DNA of 64,000 bases from Candidatus Woesearchaeota archaeon (lineage in GTDB: Archaea; Nanobdellota; Nanobdellia; Pacearchaeales; GW2011-AR1). Shown here in pieces: positions 10,627 to 20,000 of the stretch (position 1 is the first letter of the stretch; the number at the start of each line of letters is the position of its first letter). The stretch lies in assembly GCA_964493885.1 (NCBI GenBank), contig CAZBPV010000002.1:15614-79613 (forward strand), given 5' to 3'. The notes beneath the pieces were generated by a model. It saw only the letters and a list, made by a program, of their open reading frames with translations, was not told where the DNA came from and did no database searches. The translations under genes were made by a program, and so were the position numbers.

Positions 10627-10647
10627 AAGCGAGGGGCGGGACTCGAA
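10627..10647 (-). repeat. orphan 21-nt copy of the tRNA-Cys 3' end (T-loop to discriminator plus 1 nt)
   Basis: aagcgaggggcgggactcgaa is identical at 10627-10647 and 10757-10777. The upstream T-stem partner is absent, so it is not a tRNA. Confidence 0.8.
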
Positions 10648-10757
10648 GCGAGACAACGAAGTTTTCTTCGCTTAACTTTCCTGTTTGAATTAGTTTAAAC
10701 CTATTTACTGAGTCCCTTCCTTAAAGATATATTCTACAAGAAATAAATATCTTAAAA

Positions 10758-10830
10758 AGCGAGGGGCGGGACTCGAACCCGCGAAAAGCCGGGCTGCAAC
10801 CGACCGCAGTAGCCGCTGTGCCACCCCCGC
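10758..10830 (-). tRNA. tRNA-Cys(GCA)
   Basis: Acceptor GCGGGGG/CCCTCGC, anticodon arm GTCGG-TTGCAGC-CCGGC, T arm GCGGG-TTCGAGT-CCCGC; 73 nt; followed by a T-tract. Confidence 0.9.
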
Positions 10831-10866
10831 GTATTATTATAGAAAAAGCCTTGTATTTAAAATTAT

Positions 10867-11943
10867 TTATTCTTGGAGATTAAGAGCATGGACAGGGCAG
10901 ACTTCCATACAGCAAAAACATCTTATGCATTTCTTTTTATTAATTGTTGGATAAGGGTTTAATTTGATTGCTTTGACTGGACAGTGTTTTGCGCATGTTC
11001 CGCATTTGATGCATTTTTTCTTGTTGCATATAATTGGCTGTTCCTTGAAAAGAGCGTGAGCTCGTGACATCATTTTTTTAGTTTGAGCTTTTTTAAAGTG
11101 AATTTTAGGAAGTTTTTTCATTCCTAGTAATTGAAATTTATAATTTGGGTAGAGTCCTCTTTTGATTGCGAATTCTATTGCAGGAATTTCTCGTGGATTG
11201 AAGTCCATTATTGTCGACGCTGCTATATCCAATGCTATTGCATTTTTGCTTGCGATAATTAATCCTGCTTTTTTTGGAATTCCAGACGTTGGACCTTGCC
11301 CCTCCATTCCAATTATTCCGTCGAGAATTGTCAGCTGCGGAGGGAAATTTTGATAAATATCTACAAGGATTTCTGAGAATTTCTTACCTTTTGCTTTATT
11401 ATGCAATCTTTGTTTTAATCCTCCAGGTATTAATCCATAAAGATTTTTAATTCCGAGTGTAACTTCAGCAAGAGAGTGAGTTTTCATTTTTGGAAGATTT
11501 ATTATATAATCAACTTCCTTAAGTAATTTTGCAACTGGGAATTTTTTCAGAACCTTTGCTTTTTTGTCTTTAATTCTTATTAATTTCTGTTGCTCAAAAA
11601 TAATGAGTTTTCCGTATTTTTTTGCAACCTTTCCAAGCCCGGATTTAATAAAAGCATCATCAGTTCCTCTGAAACTGCTTTCTCCTACAAAGATTTTGCA
11701 TTCATTTTTCTTTAAGAATTTGCATACTGCCTCGACAATTGAAGGATGAGTTGTTATTGATTTTTGCTTGCTTTTAGAGTATGCACCAACAATATTTGGT
11801 TTTACAAGAACTTTTGTTCTATTTAATGGATCAAATTTAATTAAAGAGAGAGCTTTTGTAACTGCCTTATCCACTTGTTTTTGAGAGTAAGAATCACATT
11901 TAACAACAGCAACTTTTTCAGTTTGAATACCACCTTTTTTCAT
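10867..11943 (-). CDS. DUF362 domain protein with C-terminal 2x[4Fe-4S] ferredoxin domain
   Basis: VLVKPNIVG...TTHPSIVEAV...PKMKTHSLAEVT...MEGQGP, plus CIKCGTCAKHCP and CIRCFCCMEVCP. Confidence 0.8.
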   Translation of the reverse strand: MKKGGIQTEKVAVVKCDSYSQKQVDKAVTKALSLIKFDPLNRTKVLVKPNIVGAYSKSKQKSITTHPSIVEAVCKFLKKNECKIFVGESSFRGTDDAFIKSGLGKVAKKYGKLIIFEQQKLIRIKDKKAKVLKKFPVAKLLKEVDYIINLPKMKTHSLAEVTLGIKNLYGLIPGGLKQRLHNKAKGKKFSEILVDIYQNFPPQLTILDGIIGMEGQGPTSGIPKKAGLIIASKNAIALDIAASTIMDFNPREIPAIEFAIKRGLYPNYKFQLLGMKKLPKIHFKKAQTKKMMSRAHALFKEQPIICNKKKCIKCGTCAKHCPVKAIKLNPYPTINKKKCIRCFCCMEVCPVHALNLQE

Positions 11944-12004
11944 ATTATATAGATGCGCCCTTATTTGGCTTTAGATGAACGAGTAGTTTTTTGCAAAGCA
12001 AAAA

Positions 12005-12100
12005 CGCCCCGGACAGGATTTGAACCTGCGACCCTTAGCTTTCTTCTTTAGTTATCCATTTTAGAAGGCTAATGCTCTATCCAGGCTGAGCTACCAGGGC
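12005..12100 (-). tRNA. tRNA-Arg(UCU) with ~21-nt intron (about 12041-12061)
   Basis: Acceptor GCCCTGG/CCGGGGC, D arm GCTC-AGCCTGGATA-GAGC, anticodon stem TTAGC/GCTAA, loop CTTCTA, T arm GCAGG-TTCAAAT-CCTGT. The central 4-bp helix CTTC/GAAG is present; the outer helix is weak. Confidence 0.85.
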
Positions 12101-12148
12101 TTCTTATATTAAAAAAGAAGTATTTTCTATATTTAAAAGTGTTTGTTT

Positions 12149-13045
12149 TTACTCAACCTTTACTTGTTTTAAGTCCTCAGCAAGCATAGAATTCTTAAAT
12201 ATCTTCTTAGCTTCTTCAAGTATTTGATTTAAGTTTTTCTCGTATCTCTGGCTTATATGGATTAGGACAAGTTTCTTTGAGTTAGATTTTTTTGCTATCT
12301 GGGCAGCTTGTTCTGATGTTAAATGCATGTATTCTTTTGCTGTTTCTTCTAATTCTTTGCTAAAGGTAGCTTCGCAAACAATAACATCAGAATCTTTTGC
12401 AAAAGAAATTATTTTATCATTAAATTTAGTATCTATAATAAATGAGATTTTTGTGTCTTTTTCTTTGAATGTTAAATTTTTTGCAAGATATTTTTTTCCC
12501 TTGAAAATTATGTCTTTTCCATGCTTTAAATTTTTTAACAAAGGTAGATTTGGCAATTTAGCTTTTTTTAACTTATTTCTGTCTATTCTTATGTTTCCTT
12601 TTTTAACAAAAGAATAAGCATTGCATGGGATTCCATGTTGCATAGGTTTTGCTTCCAAGTAAAAATCTTTATTTTCAAGGAATTTTCCTGATACTTCTTG
12701 AACTTTTATTTCGTAATTTTTATGAAAAACAAATGTTTTTAGTAAATTTCCCATAAATGTTTTTGTTCCTTTTGGACCGTAGATATAGAGTGTTTTATTA
12801 TAGTTTCTTAAAGATAGAGATTGAAGTATTCCTGGAATCCCTAGGACATGATCCCCGTGCCAGTGGCTAATAAGAATTTTAGTTATCTTGTTCAAACTAA
12901 TGCCAACTTTTCTAAACTGTCTTTGAGTTCCTTCTCCGCAATCAAAAAGAATATTCTCCCTTTGATATGTCAATAACATTGAGGTATGGTTTCTTTTTGC
13001 TGTGGGAATTGCATCTGAAGTTCCTAGGAAAGTTAAGTTTATCAT
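12149..13045 (-). CDS. rnz: ribonuclease Z (tRNA 3' endonuclease)
   Basis: MINLTFLGTSDAIPT...LFDCGEGTQRQ...ISHWHGDHVLGIPG metallo-beta-lactamase motifs. The ATG at 13045 is preferred over the upstream TTG at 13060. Confidence 0.85.
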   Translation of the reverse strand: MINLTFLGTSDAIPTAKRNHTSMLLTYQRENILFDCGEGTQRQFRKVGISLNKITKILISHWHGDHVLGIPGILQSLSLRNYNKTLYIYGPKGTKTFMGNLLKTFVFHKNYEIKVQEVSGKFLENKDFYLEAKPMQHGIPCNAYSFVKKGNIRIDRNKLKKAKLPNLPLLKNLKHGKDIIFKGKKYLAKNLTFKEKDTKISFIIDTKFNDKIISFAKDSDVIVCEATFSKELEETAKEYMHLTSEQAAQIAKKSNSKKLVLIHISQRYEKNLNQILEEAKKIFKNSMLAEDLKQVKVE

Positions 13046-13151
13046 TTTAACAAATAGCAAAAATACTTTATATAAGTTGTGAAAAATATAGTTCTAACTA
13101 TCTTTAGTTACCTGAGAACTCAGCCCAGCGAAAACTATAAGGCAAAAACGC

Positions 13152-13403
13152 TTATTCTTTTTTCATTGCAGTAGAAGCAGGTGACACAAAGATTATTGTA
13201 TCTCCTCTAAGAAAAGTCAAACCTAGGTTTTTCTTTATCTCTCCATTCTGCATTTCTTTGGTGTTATCCAAAACAAGGTTGATGTGTATATCAAAAGCCA
13301 TAAGGGTTCCAACAAACTGTTTTTCTCCTTTTAGCTGTACTAACACTTCTTTTCCCTTAGAATTGTTTAACAGGTCCAAAGGTCTGTCAATTCCACTAAC
13401 CAT
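13152..13403 (-). CDS. Sm-like archaeal protein (LSm/SmAP)
   Basis: 83 aa; RPLDLLNNSKGKEVLVQLKGEKQFVGTLMAFDIHINLVLDNTKE...FLRGDTIIFV matches the Sm1/Sm2 motifs. Confidence 0.85.
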   Translation of the reverse strand: MVSGIDRPLDLLNNSKGKEVLVQLKGEKQFVGTLMAFDIHINLVLDNTKEMQNGEIKKNLGLTFLRGDTIIFVSPASTAMKKE

Positions 13404-13508
13404 AAATTAATTTTGTCTGACTTGTTTATAAACCTTTTTATTCTCGAATATAAAATAGGATTTTTACAAAATAGAAAGCTATTTAAAGAAAAAATTAAAC
13501 TTCATATT

Positions 13509-13877
13509 ATGACAACTAACAAAGGAAGGAAAAAAAGCGGAGGAAAATATATTCAAGATAGAAAGAAAAGACTATGTGAAATGACTGGACAATTAAAGAC
13601 AACCAGGCTTGGAGAAATAAGAAGAAAGAGTAAAAGAACTATTGGAGGGGGTAAAAGAGTCTTTTTACTTCAGGCAAATTCAGTAAATGTTTCTCTGGAA
13701 GACAAAAAAACTAAAAAAGCTACAATAAAAAATGTTCTTGAAACACCTTCAAATAGGTTCCTTGCAAGACAAAATATAATTACAAAGGGAAGTATACTGG
13801 ATACTGATTTAGGTAAGGTAAGGGTAACTAACCGGCCTACTCAGGTAGGAGTTGTTAACGGAGTTCTAGTAGAGTAA
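13509..13877 (+). CDS. rps8e: 30S ribosomal protein S8e
   Basis: MTTNKGRKKSGGKY...RKSKRTIGGGKRV...NRFLARQNIITKGSILDTDLGKVRVTNRPTQVGVVNGVLV. Start moved to the ATG at 13509. Confidence 0.85.
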   Translation: MTTNKGRKKSGGKYIQDRKKRLCEMTGQLKTTRLGEIRRKSKRTIGGGKRVFLLQANSVNVSLEDKKTKKATIKNVLETPSNRFLARQNIITKGSILDTDLGKVRVTNRPTQVGVVNGVLVE

Positions 13878-13948
13878 GAATTTAGCAAAATCTATACCAA
13901 AAGCTTTATAAATACAAACCTTTTTTAAATCTTACGTTATCTTTAAAA

Positions 13949-14872
13949 ATGGTTTCAGTAAAAAGATGCCCAGAGTGTGGAAGCATTAATTTAACACATG
14001 ACCCTCATTTAGGAGAAATTATTTGTAATGATTGTGGACTTGTTGTTGAAGAAAAAATGGTGGATACTGGGGTAGATTTACAAGGCAAATTTGACAAAAG
14101 TGAGAAAAAAGGACGTGGCGGTGCTCCAATGAGCATGCAGAAGTTTGACAAAGGATTAACTACTAATGTAGGGGAGATTTCTGATATATATAAATTAGAG
14201 CCAGGACAGACAAGAAAATTCCTTAGATTAAAGAAATGGCAGGAAAGAGTTTCCACAAGTATTGAAAGAAACTTAAGGCTTGCCATGGCAGAACTTAGAG
14301 TTATTGCTTCGTATCTTAATCTTCCAAATGTTGTAAGAGATGAGGCTTCAAGAATTTATAATTATGTTCTTCAAAGAGGACTTGTAAGAGGGAGAAGCAT
14401 GGAGTCAGTTATTGCTTCGTGCCTTTATGCTGCATGCCGTTCTTATAATATACCAAGAACTCTTGATGAAATGGCAACTGCTTCAGATGTTGAAAGAAAA
14501 GAGATAGGAAGAACTTATAGATTTATAATCAGGAAGCTTGGAATTAGGGTTAAGCAAAGTTCTCCTAAAGATTATATTTCAAGATTCTCATCTGTTCTTA
14601 AATTATCTCCAAAAACTCAGAATGATGCCTTGAAAGTTTTGAGAGATGCTGAGAAAGTTGAATTAACTTCAGGAAGAGGGCCAGCAGGAATTGCTGCTGC
14701 AGCACTTTATGTTGCTGCTTTAATGAATGACGAGAAAAAAACTCAAAGAGAAGTTGCAGACATTGCTGGAATCACTGAAGTCACAATAAGAAATAGGTAC
14801 AAAGAGCTTATTGAAAAGCTTAAGCTTGAGGATAAAATTAAGCAAAAAGAAGTTACTTTGAAGAAAAAGTAA
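13949..14872 (+). CDS. tfb: transcription initiation factor IIB (TFB)
   Basis: Zn-ribbon CPECGS...CNDCG, a B-linker and two cyclin-like repeats (LNLPNVVRDEASRIY..., QREVADIAGITEVTIRNRYKEL). Confidence 0.95.
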   Translation: MVSVKRCPECGSINLTHDPHLGEIICNDCGLVVEEKMVDTGVDLQGKFDKSEKKGRGGAPMSMQKFDKGLTTNVGEISDIYKLEPGQTRKFLRLKKWQERVSTSIERNLRLAMAELRVIASYLNLPNVVRDEASRIYNYVLQRGLVRGRSMESVIASCLYAACRSYNIPRTLDEMATASDVERKEIGRTYRFIIRKLGIRVKQSSPKDYISRFSSVLKLSPKTQNDALKVLRDAEKVELTSGRGPAGIAAAALYVAALMNDEKKTQREVADIAGITEVTIRNRYKELIEKLKLEDKIKQKEVTLKKK

Positions 14873-14989
14873 ACTTGCACTTATCTGAATGAGTCAAAAT
14901 TCTATTTGAAGTTATTTTGCCTAAATTTTTATTGTTCTTTTGTAATTAATAGAAACATTTATATAATAATTATACTAATTAATTATACT

Positions 14990-15217
14990 ATGAATATTGA
15001 AGTTAAAACAAGAAAATGGGGAAATTCTTTGGGATTAGTCATACCTAGTGAAGCAGTTGAGAGGTTAAACATCAAGCCAGAAGAGACTGTTGTAATTGAG
15101 ATAAGCAAAAAAGGAAATGTTCTAAAGGAGTTATTTGGTTCTATAAAATTTAAAAAAACAACAAAACAACTTATGGATGAATCTAAGATTGAGATGGAGA
15201 GTAAATGGTTGAGATAA
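14990..15217 (+). CDS. vapB: AbrB/SpoVT (MazE/VapB-like) antitoxin
   Basis: MNIEVKTRKWGNSLGLVIPSEAVERLNIKPEETVVIE swapped-hairpin motif; overlaps the PIN gene by 13 nt. Confidence 0.7.
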   Translation: MNIEVKTRKWGNSLGLVIPSEAVERLNIKPEETVVIEISKKGNVLKELFGSIKFKKTTKQLMDESKIEMESKWLR

Positions 15218-15579
15218 AAAGATGTCTTGATACTTATGCATTAATTGAAATCTCCAAGGGGAATCCTAAATTTGCAGAATATCTAAAATCTATTTTTATT
15301 CTTTCTGATTTAACTCTTGCTGAATTTTATGGAGTTTTGCTTAGAGAAGAAGGAGAGTCAGTTGCAGATTATTGGACAAAAAAATTAGAAAAATACTCTC
15401 TTCCTGCAAGTAAGGAAGTATTAATAGAGGCAATTAAGTTTAGATATGAAAACCGTAGATTAAATCTTTCTTTTTTTGATGCAGTTGGTTATATTTTTTC
15501 TTTAAAAAACGGGTGTCTTTTTGTTACAGGAGATAAAGAATTTGAAAAATTTACCAATGTAGAATTCATAAAAAAGTAG
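15205..15579 (+). CDS. vapC: PIN-domain ribonuclease toxin (VapC-like)
   Basis: 124 aa; N-terminal LDTYALIE, an acidic residue within LAEFYGVL, FFDAVGY and C-terminal VTGDKEF, which fit the PIN acidic quartet. Confidence 0.75.
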   Translation: MVEIKRCLDTYALIEISKGNPKFAEYLKSIFILSDLTLAEFYGVLLREEGESVADYWTKKLEKYSLPASKEVLIEAIKFRYENRRLNLSFFDAVGYIFSLKNGCLFVTGDKEFEKFTNVEFIKK

Positions 15580-15592
15580 AATTCTAAACCTT

Positions 15593-15600
15593 TTTATATA
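15593..15600 (+). promoter_or_regulatory. putative TATA box for tRNA-Leu
   Basis: tttatata lies 25-32 nt upstream of the tRNA 5' end at 15625. Confidence 0.4.
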
Positions 15601-15624
15601 GATAGTTTATTATAATTCTTATAT

Positions 15625-15708
15625 GCGGAGATGCCGGAGTGGTCAAACGGGTCAGGCTTAGGACCTGATAGCTTAGTGCTTACTAAGGTTCGAATCCTTA
15701 TCTCCGCA
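15625..15708 (+). tRNA. tRNA-Leu(UAG), long variable arm
   Basis: Acceptor GCGGAGA/TCTCCGC, anticodon arm TCAGG-CTTAGGA-CCTGA, variable arm TAGCTTAGTGCTTACTA, T arm AAGG-TTCGAAT-CCTT; 84 nt. Confidence 0.9.
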
Positions 15709-15894
15709 TAATTCATAGTCATATCATTGTAGATATGGCAGGATGGTGTTTTCACGGAAACATCATCCACATATTTATTACAAAATGGAAAAGTATATAC
15801 TTAGTTTATAGTTAGAGATGAATTGGAGAGTGGTTTGATTGGCTTAAACAAGAACATTTTAATGAAACTAATTCTATTTCAGAAATATTAAATT

Positions 15895-16677
15895 TTATTG
15901 CTTAGATTTTTCGTATCTTCGTGTTATTGCCAGTAAAATTCCAGCTCCAAAAATTACAAATATAAAAACATAAACGAATTTATGATTCTTAACATAAGTT
16001 AAAAATGCTAAATCTTCATCTTCATCTGGAGCAATTCCACCTGTAATAGGGCTTCTTTCAGAGGGTCTTTCATCTAATGCTCCAATAGCCTTTCCTGTTG
16101 TTCCAAATAAGATTACTTGGTCTTTTATAAGAGTGGTAGTTCCATCAGTTACTTTTATATTATAAGCTCCTTGAGGAGCCACTAATCTATATTCAATACT
16201 TTCTCCTATTTCTAAATTAGGATTTCTTATTCCTATTGTGTCTCCTATTATTATCTGAACTGTTTTTGTATATTTAGTATTTCCTAAGTTAGTTATTATT
16301 AATTTGTCTTCATTAATTTCAAATTTAGCTTGTTCTTGCATTTTAACCATAAAAATTCCAGAAGCAGTAACGCCTTCATAAGATGCAATAATGTTCCAAT
16401 AACCATGATTTGCCCCTTGCCCCATATCAATTTCTATTAAATCATTAGCAGGGATTGTTTTTTCAATTGTTCTTGTTTTTTCAGCATTTTCTATTTTAAT
16501 TTCAAGAATATCGCTAATAGGATTATTGCTGTCATCAAGTAAAGAAACTTTTAAAGTAATATTTTCTCCTGCTGAAAATTCTTCTTTGATAGTTGAAACT
16601 TCTATTTTAGCTGCCTGGGCTAGACTTAAAAGTAATAAAAATATTGCACAGAAAATTATCAGGTTTCCTCTTTTCAT
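15895..16677 (-). CDS. secreted, C-terminally membrane-anchored surface protein (260 aa)
   Basis: Signal peptide MKRGNLIIFCAIFLLLLSLAQA, a beta-rich body, and a C-terminal TM FVYVFIFVIFGAGILLAI followed by a basic tail. Confidence 0.6.
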   Translation of the reverse strand: MKRGNLIIFCAIFLLLLSLAQAAKIEVSTIKEEFSAGENITLKVSLLDDSNNPISDILEIKIENAEKTRTIEKTIPANDLIEIDMGQGANHGYWNIIASYEGVTASGIFMVKMQEQAKFEINEDKLIITNLGNTKYTKTVQIIIGDTIGIRNPNLEIGESIEYRLVAPQGAYNIKVTDGTTTLIKDQVILFGTTGKAIGALDERPSERSPITGGIAPDEDEDLAFLTYVKNHKFVYVFIFVIFGAGILLAITRRYEKSKQ

Positions 16678-16833
16678 ATAGGTAGTATTTTATTATAGTA
16701 TTTAAAGATTATGAAAAATTTCTTATTAGATGTAATTGTACTTATTTAGAAGTATATGGAAATATAAATACCTCTTTGGAAATATTTAAATAATCAATTA
16801 GATATATTCTCTAGTAAGGAAATACTTAATAAT

Positions 16834-17019
16834 ATGAAAAAAGAGGAATTAATAAGAAAGCAAAAAGCTACGCTTAGTTTGAATCCAGAGATTTATAAAA
16901 GATTTAAGGAATATTGCGAAGAAAATGCCTTTATGCTTTCTAAAAAAGTGGAAAATTTTATGAAGGGTGAATTAGATTGGAAAGAGAATGGCACTGAAAG
17001 AAGGAGGAAGAAAAAATGA
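16834..17019 (+). CDS. small ribbon-helix-helix-like protein (61 aa)
   Basis: KATLSLNPEIYKRFKEYCEENAFMLSKKVENFM resembles CopG/RHH; the stop overlaps the start of the next gene (ATGA at 17016-17019). Confidence 0.35.
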   Translation: MKKEELIRKQKATLSLNPEIYKRFKEYCEENAFMLSKKVENFMKGELDWKENGTERRRKKK

Positions 17020-20000
17020 AAAGAGGAATTTTATTGATATTAATCTTATTAATTTCTTTTGCTCTAGTTGCTGGATTAAGCTTTAGTGATTTGGGTGAAG
17101 AAGATTTTTCTGGAACATTTAATAATACTTTTTATAATTTATCTGGATTTGTTCAAGTTGGGAACTTGAGTATTAATGGCTCTGAAATAACGGAGATGAT
17201 TGGAAACGAAAATGGATTAATTGCTTATTGGAGATTAAATGAATCTTCATGGAATGGTACAAGTGGAGAAGTAAAGGATGTTCTTGGGAATCGTAATGGA
17301 ACCTCTATAAGCGGGGCAAATACTACTTCGGGATTGTTTGCAAGAGCTGGAAGTTTTGATGGAGTAAATGATTATGTAAATTTAGGAAATATTTTTTCTT
17401 CACCTCAAGATAATGGAACTATTAGTTTTTGGTTTAAGACTTCTGATACTAATGGAACAATCTTATCCCAAGATGCAACAGGATGGAATAATCTTGATAC
17501 CCTCTTTGGAATTGGACAACAAAATGTAATTGCTTGTACTGCGGGTTATTTATGTTTTGAAACTCATGGACCAAGCACTAGTTTGAGCAGAGGAGTGAAT
17601 TCAGGAGTAATTGTAAATGATAATGAATGGCATTTTGCTGTTTTATCTTTTAATAATACTGGTTATTATCTTTACTTGGATGGAGATTTAAAAAACACAG
17701 TGGCTTATGATGGAGGGATTTGGGGGAGTAATGGAAGCCAGGATATTTATATGGGACAGAGACAATTGATGAGTTATTATTCTGGGAATGTTGATGAAGT
17801 TGCATTTTGGAATAGGGATTTAAATTCAACTGAAATCCAAGAACTATATCAAAAGGGAAGCAATTCTTCTGGGGAACAGCCAACTACTGGAACTTACGAA
17901 TCTGAAGTTAAAGATGCTGGAGGAATTTCTAATTGGACAGATATTTCCTGGAATGGATTGTCTTCAGGAAATCCTCTTGGAAAGGCAAATATAATCTTTT
18001 TAAGAATGAATGGAAATGCATATGATGAAAATGGGATAAATAATGGAACAGTTAGTGGGGCTGTGAATGCCTCTGGGAAGTATGATTCTGCTTATTATTT
18101 TGATGGAGTCAATGATTATATAATTGTTGCAGACAGTTCTTCTTTGGACTTAACTTCTGATTTTTCTTTAGGAGCATGGGTTAATATGTCGAGTCTTCCT
18201 TCTGGTGTAAATGAATGGAGAGGGATAATAACTAAAGGAGGACAAGGAGATGGATTAGGAACAGATCATAATTATTTCCTTGCAATAGATAATGCTATTT
18301 GGGGAACAGGAGTTGGAATAACTTTTGGATATGAAAATTCAGCTGGAGCTAATTTTGATACACGATATCAAATAAACAGCACTTACTTGAATGCATGGCA
18401 TCATATCGTCGGAGTTTTTAATGATTCTGTAAATACAATGACTTTGTATATTAATGGAATCCAGGTTTCACAGGATTCAGATGTAACAGCAACTCCAACA
18501 ACACAATCAGAGCCATTATTTATTGGAAGAAACATGAATGGAAGCTCTAATATTTATTATTTCAATGGAACAATTGATGACGCATTTATCACAAATAAGT
18601 CACTTTCATTAACGCAAATCCAGGAAATCTATAGTAATAATGATTACAGTTCATCCTCAGAAGGAGGCAGTTCAAACTTGCAAATTCAAGTAAGAACAAG
18701 CAATGATAATTCCTCCTGGACAGATTACACCAGTTATTACAATTATCCGAGTTCCTTGAATATAAGCAACTCAAGATATATTCAATATAGGGCTTATTTT
18801 GCAGATGTTTTAGCTAAGCTGTATAACCTAACAATAAATTACTTATCACTTGGAGCAGTTAGTGTTTCTTTAGATTCTCCAGCTGATAATTATTTAACTA
18901 ATGAGTATAATATTAATGTTACTTGTTCTGCATCTGCATCTGCTGGATTAGTAAATATAACTCCTTATTACAGTAAGTTTGATTGGGGGCAATCTGAACC
19001 TGCGAGGAGTGTTTCTGGAACAAGCAATACAACCATATTTACTCTTAATGAAATTTCAAGCACAATAAATTGGAATTGTTATGCTTGTGATGTTGAAGGA
19101 AATTGTTCATTTGCTTCTCAGAATAGGACAATAATTGGAGATATTTTATCTCCTGAAATAACTTTAATTTCTCCTGCAAATAATAATCTAAGTACTGAAA
19201 GAAGCAATAATTTTGTATTTAATGTAACTGACAATCGAGCAGGCACATTGAATTGCACTCTTTATGTTGATAGTGAAGCAAAAGCAAGCAATTCTTCTGT
19301 TTTTTCTGGAGTTTCGACTATTTTAAGTGCTTCTTTGAGCAATGGAAATTATTCTTGGTGGATAAATTGTAGCGACGGAATTAATTATAATATAAGTGAG
19401 ACAAGGAATATTTCAGTTAATAATACTGGTAATATAATCTGGGCAAAGACACAGATACATACTCATACAACAAATTCAGATGGGAGCAGTTCTCCTGCAA
19501 CAGTTATAAGCACATATAAAAATGCAGATTATAATATCTTAGCAGTAACAGACCATAATGTTATAACTAATTGTTCTAATTATACTAATCTAAGTGAAAA
19601 TTTCATTTGCATACAATCAGAAGAATGGACTCCTGGCTCTGGAACTTATCTTAAACATGTATTAAGGATAAATATAAGCTCACATGTTGCAGTTGGAACA
19701 AGCACTGATGCAGAAGTGCAGAATGCAATGACTACTGCCAAGAATGAAGGAGGATTTGCAGTAGCAGCACATCCTAATTGGAGCTCAACATTATGGAATA
19801 CTAGTTCATTAATAAATTTCCAGAATTACAGCCACATGGAAATCTATAATGGGGTTATAGAAAGATTGTCTCCAAGTCCTTATGCTGTTCAAAAATGGGA
19901 TGTTGTTCTTCAGTCTGGAAAAAGAATGTTTGGAGTTGCAAGTGATGATATGCATGTAATTTCAAGTGATTTTGGAAAAGGATGGATTATGGTTTATATG

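Noticed and set aside
10583-10757. Possible split or permuted tRNA half using the duplicated tRNA-Cys 3' end
   Set aside because: No complementary T-stem 5' strand, no anticodon-stem 3' strand and no matching acceptor 5' strand nearby; only the last 21 nt are tRNA-like.
11162-12617. Short antisense ORFs within the DUF362 gene and rnz (11162-11353, 11564-11749, 12327-12617)
   Set aside because: They overlap motif-supported genes on the opposite strand and have no motifs of their own.
15741-15768. 12-bp stem / 4-nt loop hairpin (GGATGGTGTTTT-CACG-GAAACATCATCC) downstream of tRNA-Leu
   Set aside because: It is real in the sequence but there is no functional context. Archaeal termination relies mainly on T-tracts, and no small-RNA signature was recognised. 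Left unannotated.
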